From assembly GCF_009914755.1 (NCBI RefSeq), contig NC_060926.1: DNA of 64,000 nucleotides. One strand, written 5' to 3'. Source of the DNA: the human T2T-CHM13v2.0 reference genome, Homo sapiens. The position numbers and the translations under genes are program-made. Below, in pieces: positions 26,201-40,270 of the stretch (its first letter is position 1; the number at the start of each line of letters is the position of its first letter). Below the pieces are notes generated by a model, which ran no database searches, was not told the origin of the DNA, and saw only the letters and a program-made list of their open reading frames with translations.

Positions 26201-27635
26201 CGGGAGAGGGCTAAGTGTCACCTTTACAATCAGTGGAGGCTCAGCCAAGGTCAAGACCGTCTGTGGCAACCCAGTGGGCCTGCCCTGGGGTACCCAAGCC
26301 CACTGCCTTGCCCACCCACCCAGGCTCTGGGACTAGAAGGAAGGTGGGGTGGGCTGCAGGAGCCCCGTGATTCTTTCTGAATCTCCAGGGACATCACTGC
26401 TCCACGCTGGAACAGAGAGAGCCATGGGGGGAGACAGGCTATGGGAGACCCCACTGTGGAAACAGGAGTGGGGAGAAGCCAGGCCCCCTGGCCTCAGCAA
26501 AGCCTTGGAACCGCATTGGACGGCCCCACCGCAGTGCTGGGACAGTGGGGTTGGGGTGATGCCTTCCACCCCCGGTGTGTGGACCCAGGTGTCCTGTCAG
26601 TTGTGAGTGCCGAGTAAAGACATCAGCAGCAGCCCCAGGCCTCCCCACCAGGGCCTGGCAGGACACCAGGCCCACGCCCAGATTCCGTGGTTTGAGGGAA
26701 GTTTGGCCAGAGCTATGTGCGAGGTGTGGCAGAGTGTGGGGTGCTCACAGCCAGGGTGGCAGCAGGTGGTGAGCTGCCACTGGGGAGGCGTGGTCGATGG
26801 AGCCCAGGACACTCTGTGGAGGCTCCTGAGGGCTGTGCATGACAGAGAAGGACAGAGCCAGGGAAGAAACTCTGGCTTGCTCTCCTCCCACCCACCGGTC
26901 CCCTTCCACAGGCCCCCACTGACCCCCAACCAGAGGGGAGGGAGCCCACAGACACAGCAGGTGGGCACAGAGCAGGGATCTCCGGGGCAAATGGGAGAAG
27001 GTCAGCTCCCCTCCCCGCTGTCCTGGCTCAACAAGCTCCCCCAAAACTAGGGCAAAAGCCAGCAGATCTGGGGAGCAAACGATCCCACCTAGACAGCAAC
27101 ATCCCAAGCAGGGTTCCAGAGTGGCCTTGGGCAAACCAGCCCAGTGTTGGGTGCGTCACCAAAGAAATGTCTGCAAGGAAAGCAATGGCGCTGAGAGACC
27201 CCGGGGGTTTTGTGTGGGTTTTTTTGTTTGTTTGTTTGTTTGTTTTGTTTTGTTTTGTTTTAAGCAAAGTTTGGAGCTGAATTAGTGAAAAGTTCATAAA
27301 AAGCCACACACGCACCAAAAAAAGAAAAAGAAAAACAGGAAACAAACAATGATTAACTTTAAGAAAAACGAAAAGTTTGAAAAGGAAAGAAGTGGGATTA
27401 CAGTGCAGTATGTGATTTCGTTTTGTGAACTGTGATTGATTGTATCACACAGCTATAACTATGGAAACAGTAAAACAGATTCAACTATTAATTAAGACTT
27501 AATTTTGAGAGGCACACGAGGAGCAGAAACAGGTGGGAAGGTGGATGTTAAAGAGCTGAGTCCTCAGCTCCTGGTGTAGAAAGACAGAAGATCATGTCTA
27601 GAACTGAAGAATTCATAAAGAACGTTCTAAGAATG

Positions 27636-27947
<312 letters not shown>

Positions 27948-28092
27948 TAAGCATGTTATTTTAAAATGTGGAGATAAATACCAGAAGAAATGGATAAAAA
28001 CGCTGAAAGAGCCCTCCCAATGCTCGGGCTCTGGGATGTGAAAGGGAGGGAGAAAAGAGCTATTTTCCATTTTAAGCTTGTTAGTATTTTAG

Positions 28093-28173
28093 GATAGATA
28101 GATAATAGGTAGACAGATAACAGGTAGGTTGGTAGATAGATAGACAGACAGATAGATAGATAGATAGATAGAT
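28093..28173. repeat. Compound (GATA/GACA)n tetranucleotide microsatellite
   Basis: gatagatagacagacagatagatagatagatagatagat. Confidence 0.9.
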
Positions 28174-28215
28174 TCATCTGAGATTAAAAGCTTAAACTTA
28201 AAAATTACACCATAG

Positions 28216-28864
28216 TGAAGAGGGAACCCTTCTACGCTGCTGGTGGGAATGTAAACTCATACAACCACTATCGAAAACAGTGTGGAGATTCTTTAAAGAA
28301 CTAAAAGTAGAACTACCATTTGATCCAGCAATCCCACTGCCATATCTACCCAGAGGAAAAGAAGTCATTATACGAAAAAAATACTTACACATGCATGTTT
28401 ATAGCAGCACAATTCACAATTGCAAAATCGTGGAGTCAACCCAAATGCCTGTCAATCAACGAGTGGATAAAAAACTCTGATATATATATATATGGATGGA
28501 TATATATATATGATGGAATACTATGCAGCAATAAAAAGGAATGAATCAACAGCATTTGCAGTGACCTGGATGAGATTGGAGACTATTATTCTAAGTGAAG
28601 TAACTCAGGAATGGAAAAACCAAACACAGTATGTTCTCACTGATATGTGGGGGCTAAGCTATGAGGACTCAAAGGCATAAGAACAATACAATGGACTTTG
28701 GGGATTTGGGGGGAAGAGTGGGGGCAGTGAGGGATTAGAAGACTACAAATATGGTGCAGTGTATACTGCTCAGGTGATGGGTGCACCAAGATCTCACAAA
28801 TCACCACTAAAGAACGTACTCATGTAACCATATACCACCAGTACCCCAATAATTTATGGAAAAT
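28216..28864 (+). mobile_element. 5'-truncated L1 (L1PB-type) 3' end
   Basis: ORF2 C-terminal remnant ([14 protein letters not shown]...) plus L1PB 3' UTR; 13-bp TSD aattacaccatag at 28203-28215 and 28865-28877. Confidence 0.9.
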
Positions 28865-30309
28865 AATTACACCATAGCAGAGAGATTTTAATGGTCGTTG
28901 TGTGGTAATAAAGAGGCCCATGTCTGCACACACATTTCAGGCTTTATCAGTTTTACCATGGGGCCCTTCTAGGGTTCAGTCTCGTCTGCCGGGACAATTT
29001 CCCAGCGCCACGTCCCCCTGGTGCTCAGTCGCAGCTGTGAAGTTGGATCCATCGGTCAGGAGAGACTGACTCCTTAGGTGTGCCTGAGAAGATGGGAGGA
29101 GTCAGGAGCAGGGATGTCTGAATGGGGACGATGCAGTAAGCGGCCGGTGTCTATGCCACAGTCACCTTTGCTTTCTCACACACTCGTTGGACAGAGAGGA
29201 CTAAGCCCATAAAAAAGCAAGTAACAGGGACTCTCTTCTTTATCCCCAATTCACAGAGAAGCACACAGAGTTCTGGAGAGGTGAGCTGACTTGCCTGGGA
29301 GTAGGGGGCTGTGATTCCAGTGGGGCCTGCCTGACTTCCAAGGCTCCAGAGCTCAGAGCCTCATGCCACCTCCTCCCCTGTCTGTGGGCACAGGCATGAC
29401 TTGATGTGAAAAGCCTGGAAAGTAAAGTGGATCTGTCTTAAATGCACTGCGAGAGGGTCTAATTTAAAATATGTCTTCAATGCATTTTAATCAAGTATTT
29501 CTCTTGCAGTGAGAATGATCATACCCCAGTGTGACAGTTTCATATCAGATCTCTTCAAATTGTGTTATCTTAGAGTACTCACCCGTGTATGCCTCCCTTG
29601 GCCAAATGAGATAGTTCCTTAATGGACATTAAAACTGTGCTCTGAAAAGCTTGTTGAAAATATGGACAGAGGCACGTAACATGTGGGTCACTGGAAGCAT
29701 TTTCCAAAAGGCACAATCTACATCCCTGTGGGTCTCCAGGACTGACAAAGCCAGGAGCCCCATTCCAGGAGGACATGCATCATAGAAAAGGCATCAAATA
29801 AGACATTTACATAGCAGGCCCGGCCTTTCATTTAGCAACAGCTGGGACGGCATTAGGCAGCCCATGCTCCCACAGTGGCCTCAGTCCTTATGAAAGAAAT
29901 AGGACCTGTTGGATTAACTCCTCCTAAACTGAGCATGCCCAGCAAGCATTCATACTGGAGGACTCTCCACCAGGAACACTGGGGCCAAGGATTTATATTC
30001 CAACAGACAGACCCACCTTCCCATCTTCTTGGCTTAGCCCGTGGCAGCACGTACCTTCAACCTGCGTTTTAGTGACCCACCATCTGTACCACTCCATCTG
30101 CTTCAATATCCCCTTTGCTGACATCATCTCCACTTTGGACGGTGGTGCTGGAGAAGCAGAAACACTGTGACTCTCTCCTCCCTGATCTGAAGGGGAGCTG
30201 GGAGGGCTGGGCCTGCAGTCTTGAGGGGCTTGGGGGAGTCTTGTCTCCGTAAGCTACCAGCTCTCCAAGCTTCACGAGCAATGGGGTGGAGATGCCCAGG
30301 AAATGTGCA

Positions 30310-30384
30310 GAGGGAAGAGTGCCCTGTGCTCTCTGAGGGAAGAGTGCCCTGTGCTCTTTGAGGGAAGAGTGCCCTGTGCTCTCT
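30310..30384. repeat. 25-bp tandem repeat x3
   Basis: gagggaagagtgccctgtgctct(c/t)t at 30310, 30335, 30360. Confidence 0.95.
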
Positions 30385-30769
30385 GCTCCCCTTCCCTACC
30401 TGGGGGCGGTGGATTCTGCCTTTGCTGGCTCAGTGCCTGGACTTGCATGGTGAGGCCTCAGGGCTGGTGGAGAGACAAAGGTGGAGAAGTTGGGACAGGG
30501 TGAGGACTGGAAGTGGCTGGGAGTCATCTGCGGAGGAGAAGGAAGGACAGGACAGGAACAAAGTGGGAGGCGGAAGGAAGTGCAGGAGTGCTGGGGGCTG
30601 GGGTATTTCTGGGTTCAAGGCTGAGAATGAGGGGAGCAGTTTCAGGGGAGTCATAGCAAGCAATGTGGAGAGTGGCCAGGGAGAGAGAAATGTTAAGATT
30701 TTGCTGTGCGTTCGGAGTACACCTTCCTCCCACAAGCCTCTTGGGACTTCAGTAAAGATTTGAATTATT

Positions 30770-30842
30770 GGGGCTGCTCTGCCTATGGAGTAGCTATTCT
30801 TTTATTCCTTTACTTTCTTAATAAACTTGTTTTCACTTAAAA
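30770..30842 (+). mobile_element. Tiny polyadenylated MER41-type LTR fragment with 16-bp TSD
   Basis: ctgcctatggagtagctattcttttattcctttactttcttAATAAActtg; TSD aaagatttgaattatt at 30754-30769 and 30843-30858. Confidence 0.8.
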
Positions 30843-30874
30843 AAAGATTTGAATTATTTTGGCATTAGACGGTG

Positions 30875-31263
30875 TGATGATTAATTCTATAGTCAGCTTG
30901 GCTGGACCACGGTGCTAAGATAGCTCGTCAAACATTATTCTGGATGCACCTGTAAAGGTGTTTCTAGATGAGATTAGCCTTCGAGTAAAGCAGGTGGCTC
31001 TCGTCAAAAGGGGTGGGCCTCACCCAATCAGTTGAAGGCCTGACTAGAACAAAGAGATTGACCAGCCTTGAGCAAGAAGGAATTCCACCCCCAGACTGCC
31101 TTAGGCCTCGAACTGTGACATGAGCTCCTTCCCAGGTCTCCAGCCTGCCGGCCCACCCTGCAGAGTTTGAACTTGCCAGCGTCAGCCAGTTCCTTAAAAT
31201 AGCTCTCTTCTGATGTGCACACCTTGAGTGGCTCTGCTCCTCTGGAGAACACGCACTAGTACA
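30875..31263 (+). mobile_element. MLT2 (ERVL) solo LTR
   Basis: tgtgatgattaatt...ggtgggcctcacccaatcagttgaaggcctga...ctctggagaacacgcactagtaca. Confidence 0.85.
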
Positions 31264-31774
31264 GTTAGTGTCTTCATGAAGATGTAAGTCCTGTATTAGA
31301 GGGGCCCCTGGAAGGGACAGGCAGGTGCTAAGCTCAAGGCACCCACAAGGGGACACGGTTGACGTCTATCCTGGGGCCTGGGAGGCACACAGGGGAGCCA
31401 CAATCTGGGCTGGGACCAAGGGAAGGTGGCTTGGGGATCTGTAACCCACACAGAAAACAACCAGATAAGAATAAAAGCAAGCAATAAATGACGTGCAAGA
31501 AGAAAAAGACGAAGGCTCTTATAATAAGAAAAATACAAACACCCAATGATAAAAATATCCACCTCCTGAGACGGGTTTCAGCTCCCACCTGCCCTTGCCT
31601 GGGCCTCCGTCTTGATGATGCATGGGGGCTTACAGCACTCAGGAGGTGCCCAGACACGGGTGCAGTTGCTGCTGGCCGTGGAAAGGGTCGCCCGACCACC
31701 TCCCCGTCTCCACTTGTCTTCTTCCTCCATAAGCCATGGGGATCGGCTGGGTGTCTGGCAGAAGCCATCAGGTC

Positions 31775-32215
31775 TGTAATGGGCTGAAGTGTGTCCTCCT
31801 GGAATTCACACGTTGAAGTCCTGACCACCAGTGCTTTAGGCTTTATCCGCAAGAGGCTTTATCTGAAGGAGGCTTTATCTGGAGAGAGGGTCTCCACAGA
31901 GGTCACTGATTTAAATTGAGGTCATTAGAGAGGGCACTGATCCAATAGGGCCAATGTCCTCATAAAGAGGAGATGTGGTGACAGAGGCAGACACAATTAG
32001 AGGGAAGGGGAGGTGAAGGACATGGGCGGAGCCAGTGCCTGCACTCCCAGGAGAGAGGCCTGGGACAGAACCCCCCACACAGCCTGAGAAGGACCCAGCC
32101 CCGCCCACACTGTGATCTCAGGCTTCAGCCCCCACTGCCGGGACAAGATCCGTTTCTGTGGCCTGAGCCCCCGGCCCTCGGGGCCTCTTTGCAGCAGCTC
32201 CAAGACACGGACACA
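31775..32215 (+). mobile_element. MLT1 (MaLR) solo LTR, MLT1B-like
   Basis: tgtaatgggctgaagtgtgtcc...gttgaagtcctgacc...gaggtcattag; internal aggctttatc triplication. Confidence 0.8.
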
Positions 32216-32715
32216 AAGCTGTCCCACTCCCTGGCCACGCCTGCTTTGAGAACCACATGAACAGTACAGAAAATGATACAGAGTGTGAGACCAGGGGTGC
32301 AAGGCACCGTGGGGCCTGTTTGACATCCCAAGATTGCAGACCCCTAAGGCAGAGTGACACTTCCTGTCACCTGTGCCTGGGTCAGACTTCCCTGGCTGGA
32401 GGGAGGACGGGAAGGTGCCAGCAATGAAGACAGTGGTGATGCCATGAGGCCAATGATGGCGATCATTTGATAACCAGACAGAAATGTTGTTTCCCATCCT
32501 CCCTGCTGGCACTCAGCATAGAGTAAAATCACGCACAGGTACAGAGGAGGGCAGCCCCAGACAGCCACCTCCTCCTGCCACCTGCTTCCCTCCCCACCTG
32601 CAGGCAGGAGAAGTGGGGGGCAAGGCCACACACACTCACTTTTGAGCACATCCTCTGTGGAGACTTGGAGCTAGAGAGACAAGAGGGTCCTTGGCTAATG
32701 GCAGATGACACCCTA

Positions 32716-33252
<537 letters not shown>

Positions 33253-35289
33253 TTAGCAATTTGACCCCCTCCCACTGTATCTTAACGCAGCTCTGAAGGA
33301 CCTCTACCCTTTCTGAGTGACTCCCTGGGCCCGTCAGCTCATCTAAATATACTAAACTCAGGGCTTCAAAATCAAGGCTAAATTTCAGAGGGCAAAATGT
33401 CTGATTGCAGGGCCATGGCAACTCACTGATCCCCAACATGCTGTGTTTAATGCAATCTGGGGGGCGGTGGATAGAGGGGCCCCTGCTTTAATTTTGAGTC
33501 TGCTACCTCCAGGCCCAACATGTCTTCAGGTATTTTTACTCTCAAAAATGTTTCCAATTGGAATGCAGTAAATTAGGACCATCTCCTTCGGCAAAAATGA
33601 GATCGAAAGGCATTTAGGAATCACTTTCAAAATCCCAAGATCTGAGGAGGAAGAAGGAGTTGAGACTTTCAAGGTTGAAATCCCAGCCATTCTAGAAGCG
33701 TGTGCTGTGCAAAGCATGCCTCTGATGTCGCCCCTGCCCTTCCTCGAGCGAGAGCTGCACGTGTGGACACTGATTCTTCTCTGCCAGAGCAGCTCCAGGG
33801 ATGCCCTGGAGCCTTCCGAGTTTGCTGGGAAGGAGGTGGAGTGTCGGCGTCCCCAGCCCTCTCTCTGAACTGGGTGCTGGATGTAGCTTGCTTCCTGTTT
33901 CATGGTCTCGGTCCTGTTCTGGGGTCCTGATCCTGTTCCGTGATCCCGGTCTTCTACCTAAAACGTTTTATGCTAAAAGCTTTCCAGGCATAGATCCGTA
34001 GAAATTGAGGCTCACAACAGTGCCCCAGGCGGACTTGGGCCAGGACACTCTTTCAGAGAGGGTTTTTGGCTGTCTAACCCATTAATAGGTAAAAAAGGAA
34101 AAAAAAGGAGAGAAGTAGGTATTTAGGAGAAGGGGTAGGGCTTAGCACCCAGCATCACCCCCACTGTTTCAGCCGCCTCCCCTTGAAGGGTTCAGTTCCA
34201 AATGGCAATTTTACTGCAGAGAAAACAAGCTTGGGAAGGGAGTGTGGACTTGACCTCGGTCACACAGCAAGATAACAGCAGAAACCAGGAAAGATCCATG
34301 GTCATCCAAAGCCAGGTCCCTCCTCCAAGGGAAGAACCAAGGAGAACCCAGAGCCTGCCTAAGACGGGAGGCCCAGGAAATCACAGCCCTTTGCAAACCC
34401 CCAATGCCTGCTATTCAAACACACCTTCTGGCCTCTCCATCATGCCCGACCTGGGACAAGAGAATCGGCTCATCCCAGAAGGATACTTGGCATAGCCATG
34501 CACCCCTGTCCTGCCTCTGCGACAGCAGCCGCTGCAAGCATAGATGGGAACCAGTTTGGTAGCTCCTCGCTGGCTCTAGGTGCCTGCAGCGTTGCACACG
34601 GTTGGCAAAGGGTCGGAGCCAGCTGCCTTTCCCTTGCTTCCTGCCGTTTTGGCATTGGCAGCTGTCCACGTGCTTTGTCCGGGTGTTTGGGTCTTTTCCC
34701 AGCATCACTGTGGAGCCTACAGAATCCACTGGGACAGGCTGCAGGTGGGACCCAGAGAGCGAGAGGCAGACGGCCTTTGCATAGCCACCCTGGGAGAAGT
34801 AGATGGAGAACTCTGTACAGAGCCTGTGCCTGGGCTCCTGCTCTCGGGGCAGGAGGACCAGCCGACCTGTGGAGAGGGGAGTTGTCTTTGCTTCCATCTG
34901 GGCCATGACAGCCAAGGCCAGGAAGGTGTCCGCGCCTGGGACCTGAGAGCCTCGGGGTGTTTGGCCCTTGGGGTTTGCATTCCAGGGCTTACAGCGAGGA
35001 GCCAGGGAGCTGAGATTCAAACCCAGCCAGTGCTGGTGAGGAGCGGCATGGAGGGGAGTCGAGGCGAGCTCTGCATGCTGACTCCAGAGCAAAGCCTTCC
35101 CTTTGAGCGCGGCTGAAACATTTGCTGCACTCCAAGCCATGGAGCAGTTGGGGCTGAGAGAAACGGGGACAGTTTGGGCTCTGTTTTTGCTGAATGTTGT
35201 CTCTCCTTCGGTTGTCTCACAGCTGAGGTTCACAGCACGTGTCATGCTGTGTTCCTGGAAGAAGCAGAAAGCCACTGTTGGAAACGTAA

Positions 35290-35400
35290 TTTGGGTCTCA
35301 GTTTCCTCAGCTATAAAATAGGGATTAGAAACCTCAATTCTACCTTTCTTGTGGGTTTTTGTGACAACGAGTAAGATAATCTACATGAAAACATTTTGTA
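35290..35400 (+). mobile_element. MIR 3' fragment
   Basis: ctcagtttcctcagctataaaataggga...gagtaagataatctacatgaaaac. Confidence 0.65.
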
Positions 35401-38400
35401 CGGGATCTGATGATTGATTTTGAATAAAATAATCAGATAATGTGCAACATGCTTTGACACAGGTTCTTGCGCCTCTACTTCCCAGGCCCCTCAGTGGCGC
35501 CCACCTTTGTTGTAGCCCGGCGTGCGGGGGAACCGCCCAGCAAACCTTCGCAGAGCCTCCTGGGACCCGAGTGTCAGCTGAGGCTGGGACCTGTGGAGGA
35601 CGGGGCCTTCCATGTAGAAGAAAGTCTGAAGGAGGAAGGGAAATGGCACCATGCTCCTCCCAGGTACACAGAAGACGCTTTGCGGAGCTGAACGTGCAGT
35701 GAATAAAATAATCAATGAATTCCACAGTCAATGAGCAAAATACTCTACACAAACCTTATTTGCACTATGCACGTAAGGCACAATCTGCCTGTCCTCACCA
35801 CGTACTTCACTCAGCTTCGGGGTGACAGCTTGGAATGAACAGATGACATCACACCGCTGCCCTGGTAACACAATGCTGAGGGCTTCTTTTGTGTTTGTTT
35901 TTAGCCATTTGATTAATTGTGAGGCGTCAGGACTAGTGCGTATAGGATGAGCCTGGGCCCACCCTCCTCAGGAGCTGGGCCAGACGGCCCTCCCCGACAT
36001 CTCCCAAGGACCTGACCACTGTACCCTGAACTTTTCCCCTTCACACATACCTATTCCCACCCATTCAGTAAAGACATTCAAGGAAAATGTTTTCTCTGCA
36101 CATACCCCAACTCCCAAATGTTCTTTCATTTCTGTTTCAAAACAGTGAGCATGCTGTTAACAGAAGCTTAGCTAAGCCACTGCACTCCATCCTCAGGTCT
36201 CCAGTGAGGGAAAGTCAGGTTTCAGGTGCGGAAGAGAAAGGGCACACATAGTCTCCCCTGCCTCCCAGACCCTCAGGAGCCCCCACCTTCCTGTGGCCCC
36301 TTGTTTGGGGAACAGCCCAGCTAACCTTCCCAGAGCCTCCTAGGAGCCAGGTGAGGCTGAGGCGGGGACTCACAGAAGACAAGGCCCTCCACGCGGATGA
36401 AAGCCTGAACCAGGAGTGGGATGGCAGAGTGCTCCTTGCAGGTGCTCAGAAGGGGCTTTCACAGAGGAACGTCTGTTTCTCGGGCTTTCCGGGAGCGGGG
36501 TCCAGCTAAGCTCAAGGCCAAGGAACTTCACAGAACAAAACTGCCCCCATCCTGCCCTCAGGAAGGATCAAGGCCTTATGCCGGGGGCCACAGTGTGGGG
36601 CGTCTCAGCCCTGGCTGGACTTGGGGGAGGTGACAGGGGCCGTGAAAGGACAGCCACATGTCCTGTCGTTTCCCAGGCTCTGCATGGCTGGGCGTGCAGG
36701 GTGGCCAGAGGCTGCCACCTTGCGTAGGTAGGAGCCAGGGGCGGGGCACAGAGGAGGGTGAGACTGCTTGAGGTGGGAAATGGGGGAGCAGGTGATCACC
36801 AAGAGGGGACGTGAAGAGGAGGGGGAGCAGACCAGTCTGGCTGTGGCGGGGGGAGGCGATGGCGCCAGCCTCCGTGAGCCACCAGGCAGGTGAGGCCTCT
36901 AGGTGAAGTGTTCAGGAGGCATTTGGAGGTTTGGATGTGGCCTTGGATGGATGTCCTGTGGGAAGGGAGGTGCATTTGGGGAGCCGGGGCAAGGTTTCCA
37001 GGCAGGTACTCTGGAGCAAGGGCTGCAGTGGCACGGCCGCCTAGGCAGCAGGATGCTGGAGCAGAGGGAGGCACAGAGTGGCCTGGGAGAATCGCTGCAT
37101 GAACCCAACATGGAGGGCGGGAGCAGGTGGCCTGAGTTGAGATGCAGGCAGCACCTGGCAGGTGTGGTCAGTGGTGAAGGAGTGTGGAGCCCCAGGCTCT
37201 GTGTGGGGTGCAGGATTGGGAGCAGCTGCAGGGGAGGGGAGGAGACAGATGCAGAGCTCTGTAACCCCAAGGAGAGCAGAGGGGTCTCTGCAAAGTCCAG
37301 AGGGTACAGGGGAGATGGGGGCCATGGGGGACAGCTGGTGGCCTGGAAGCAGGAGCGTGTGGGATGACCTCTCGTGCTGGCAGAGCTGGTGGATGGGGTG
37401 CAGCAGGAGGCTAAGTTGCACAAGGTAGGAAGCCTGGCAGGAGGGCCCATCTCTGGTGGGGGGTCTACAGGCCCGCGGGGCTGGAAGCAACAGGTTGCCC
37501 AGTTGTGCTGCCAAGTTCCCACTCAGGAACATCTGAGTAGAACGTTCTCCACACCACAGAGGGGCACCGCTAGCTGGACACTTGCCTCCTCCTGGGGTCC
37601 CAAGGTGTTTAAAGCCTCACGTTTCTAAGGGAGTCCTGCAGCAAGTGCTTCATGGACAGTGCACAGAGCTGTCCAATGCAGTCTCCATGGCCCCCATCAC
37701 CTGGGAAGGCCTTCAGGGGAGGTGAGAATAGCTCTGGGTTGGGGAAGAAACAAGAAGGGGGCTCAGCCAGCATGAACCCTGGGACTCTAGCTGGGACCAG
37801 CTGCCTTTCTTCAGGGAGGCCTTCTGCAGAGCTGCCAGGGCAGCATGAGGAGCCCCTGGGAATGTGGAGGGAGCAGGGCACCCAAGGGCTCTCGGTCCCT
37901 GCTGCATCACTGAGCGGCTGGATCAAACTTCTCCTGAAGGTCTCCGAACCCGTGGCCTCTCCACCGAGGTGAGTGCATGGTCCTTATTACTTACCTCCAT
38001 TTGGGCTGGATCTCCTGTCTGTTTACAACACAAAAAGTTCCAACGGACAGGGTGCTCAAAACTGCCACCAAAAATAGAGATCACATCACTGTTGCTAAAA
38101 ACAGTCGTGCGTGCAGAATTTCAGGAGGGAGAACAAGGAAGCCTTTCTTGATATATTGGCATCCCAACAAACTACATCCAAACAGTAGCATTTCCAATGA
38201 CACCAAAGAAAACAGGAACTGCTGCCAGGCTTGCCATCCTGGGAGTCCCAGGGAACGTGGCGACCGAGGGCTCACCTTGACCCCTGCCAGGTGTGGGCGG
38301 CCTCTGCACAGCCCGTTCTCACTGCTGGAAATAGAGCAAATGAAGAGTTTTCTGATTTGACAAAACACAGCACAAAAAAACAACAACAGAAACAACAGCA

Positions 38401-39849
38401 AATAGCCCGAGTTTTCCTCCACGTCCCCATCTGTAAGGAAGCGACTGTGGAAACCAAACAGAACCAGCAGGGCCATTGGGGAAAGTAATGGGCTGATAAA
38501 CGAGCAGAAAGGACCACCCAGGTGTTAGCTGTCATGCCGGGGGGCTATGTGGGTGCTCCAGGTTTTCAATGTCCAGAGATGAGAAGTTCCAGAAAGGTAC
38601 TGGAAGCCGAGCCCAGCCCCCGCTCCTCAAGCTGGAGAGTCCTGGCCTACATTCTGCACGTCAGCGTGGCTGGACTGGCAGGTGTGAGGGCGCTCATTTC
38701 TGATGGACACGCCGGAGATAAGGCCCTTGAGACCTGTGCCCATGCCCTTCTTGTTCCGTGGGTGCCATTGCCACCACAATGCCCTCAACAGAACCCTAAA
38801 CAAGGTGCGCCCAATGAGCAGCGTGCGGAAGCCCTGGAGGAGGTGCTGGTCTAGAACCCGGATCCCCACACCCTCACATCAGAGCAGAGTGCTCAAGCTT
38901 CCCACAAGGGTGGGGTAGGTCTTTATTCAGCACACAGCAGAGTGTTTTTTCTCATCTGTGTTTTTTTCTTTGGAAACAGACTTTCCACACAGGATGTGAC
39001 TTCTTTACTTCTTAGTCTTGCTTCTTTAAAACTTGTTACTTCTTTAGTTTTGTTCGGATTTTGAAAACACATCGTTTTGATGCCAAGATTAACAAATGTG
39101 GCTCTTTATCATGTTGGAATTGACCCAACAATTCACAGATTTAAAAAAAAAATAAGACAAGGCGAATCACGTTGGAAAAAGTTGCACATTCTTTTCGTCA
39201 CATGGTCCTGCTGACCCCACAGGCCCAGTTCCTCCCACTGCCCATTCTTGGGAGTTGTAAGAATGAATAAAAAACAAAACCAAAGCTCCCTGCCTTCATT
39301 TTTATGTCCTTTGTGCTGACAGTGTCTTCCTGCCACAGCCCTTCTGTGTAAACAGCCAAATCTCTGTCCCTCCTCGTTGGCTGATTGGAGCAGGGTGAAT
39401 GCTGGACCAGACAGCAGCCAACCGCTAAGCTGCCAAGGGCTGTGGCATGGGTGGCCTGGATCAAAAAGATGAGCTGGCCAAGTGGAGTCCTTCTGGGGAC
39501 TGGGAAACACAGAGGCTGAGCTCACTGGCTGCAAGAGCAGAGACCAGGAGGATACCTATCTGGATTCAGCAGCAGGGGCCGGGGAGGCTGCAGTGTGTGA
39601 GCCCTGAGCAAGCTGGGGAGATGAGGGACCAGGACCTGTGAGGATGGAGAGGGAGCAGGCTGGCAGAGGAGCCATGGAGGAAGCAAAGATGACCACACTG
39701 CCCCGGGAGCAGGTGGAGTGGGCAGTCACCCTTATTCCTGATTGCCTCTCTCCTTCCAGACCTTTTGTTTTACGGTACATAGCCTTGTCCAGACATCTTT
39801 TAGGGCCTCTCTCGCATCCTCTTAACCTGCCCATGTCCTGATGGTGCTT

Positions 39850-40270
39850 CACTAGGATGTCAGATGCTTCTCATCATCTGCCCAGGGCTCCTGGGCACCT
39901 GTCATGGGATAGAACTCATCTCTTCTGGGTCCCATAAGTGACAGCACAGGGGAGTTCACAGACCCTGGAGCAACTCTCCATCCATGGGACAGAAGCAGGA
40001 AGATAAATATCCCTCTTCCGCATCGTAGAGAAGGGGACAATTCTGACCCCATTGTCCATGACTGCTCAGAGGGTCCTCTGCATAACTAAGCCCCTGTTTC
40101 CAGCAGTAGCGACTGGCTCGGTGACACAGCCTTGGGTCAGCTTTCCCTCCTCCCTCCTTCATCTGCCCGGTCCCCCTAGTCCCTTTTCCCCTGGGAACTT
40201 AAAAAATGAGTAATCTATATAAAAGCTTGGCCTCAGAGTCTTCTTTGAGGGGGAAGCCAAGCAGTGGCAC
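39850..40270 (+). mobile_element. Old ERVL LTR (LTR16-like)
   Basis: gggacaattctga...cagagggtcc...ctcagagtcttctttgagggggaagccaagc resembles the LTR16 3' half. Confidence 0.45.
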
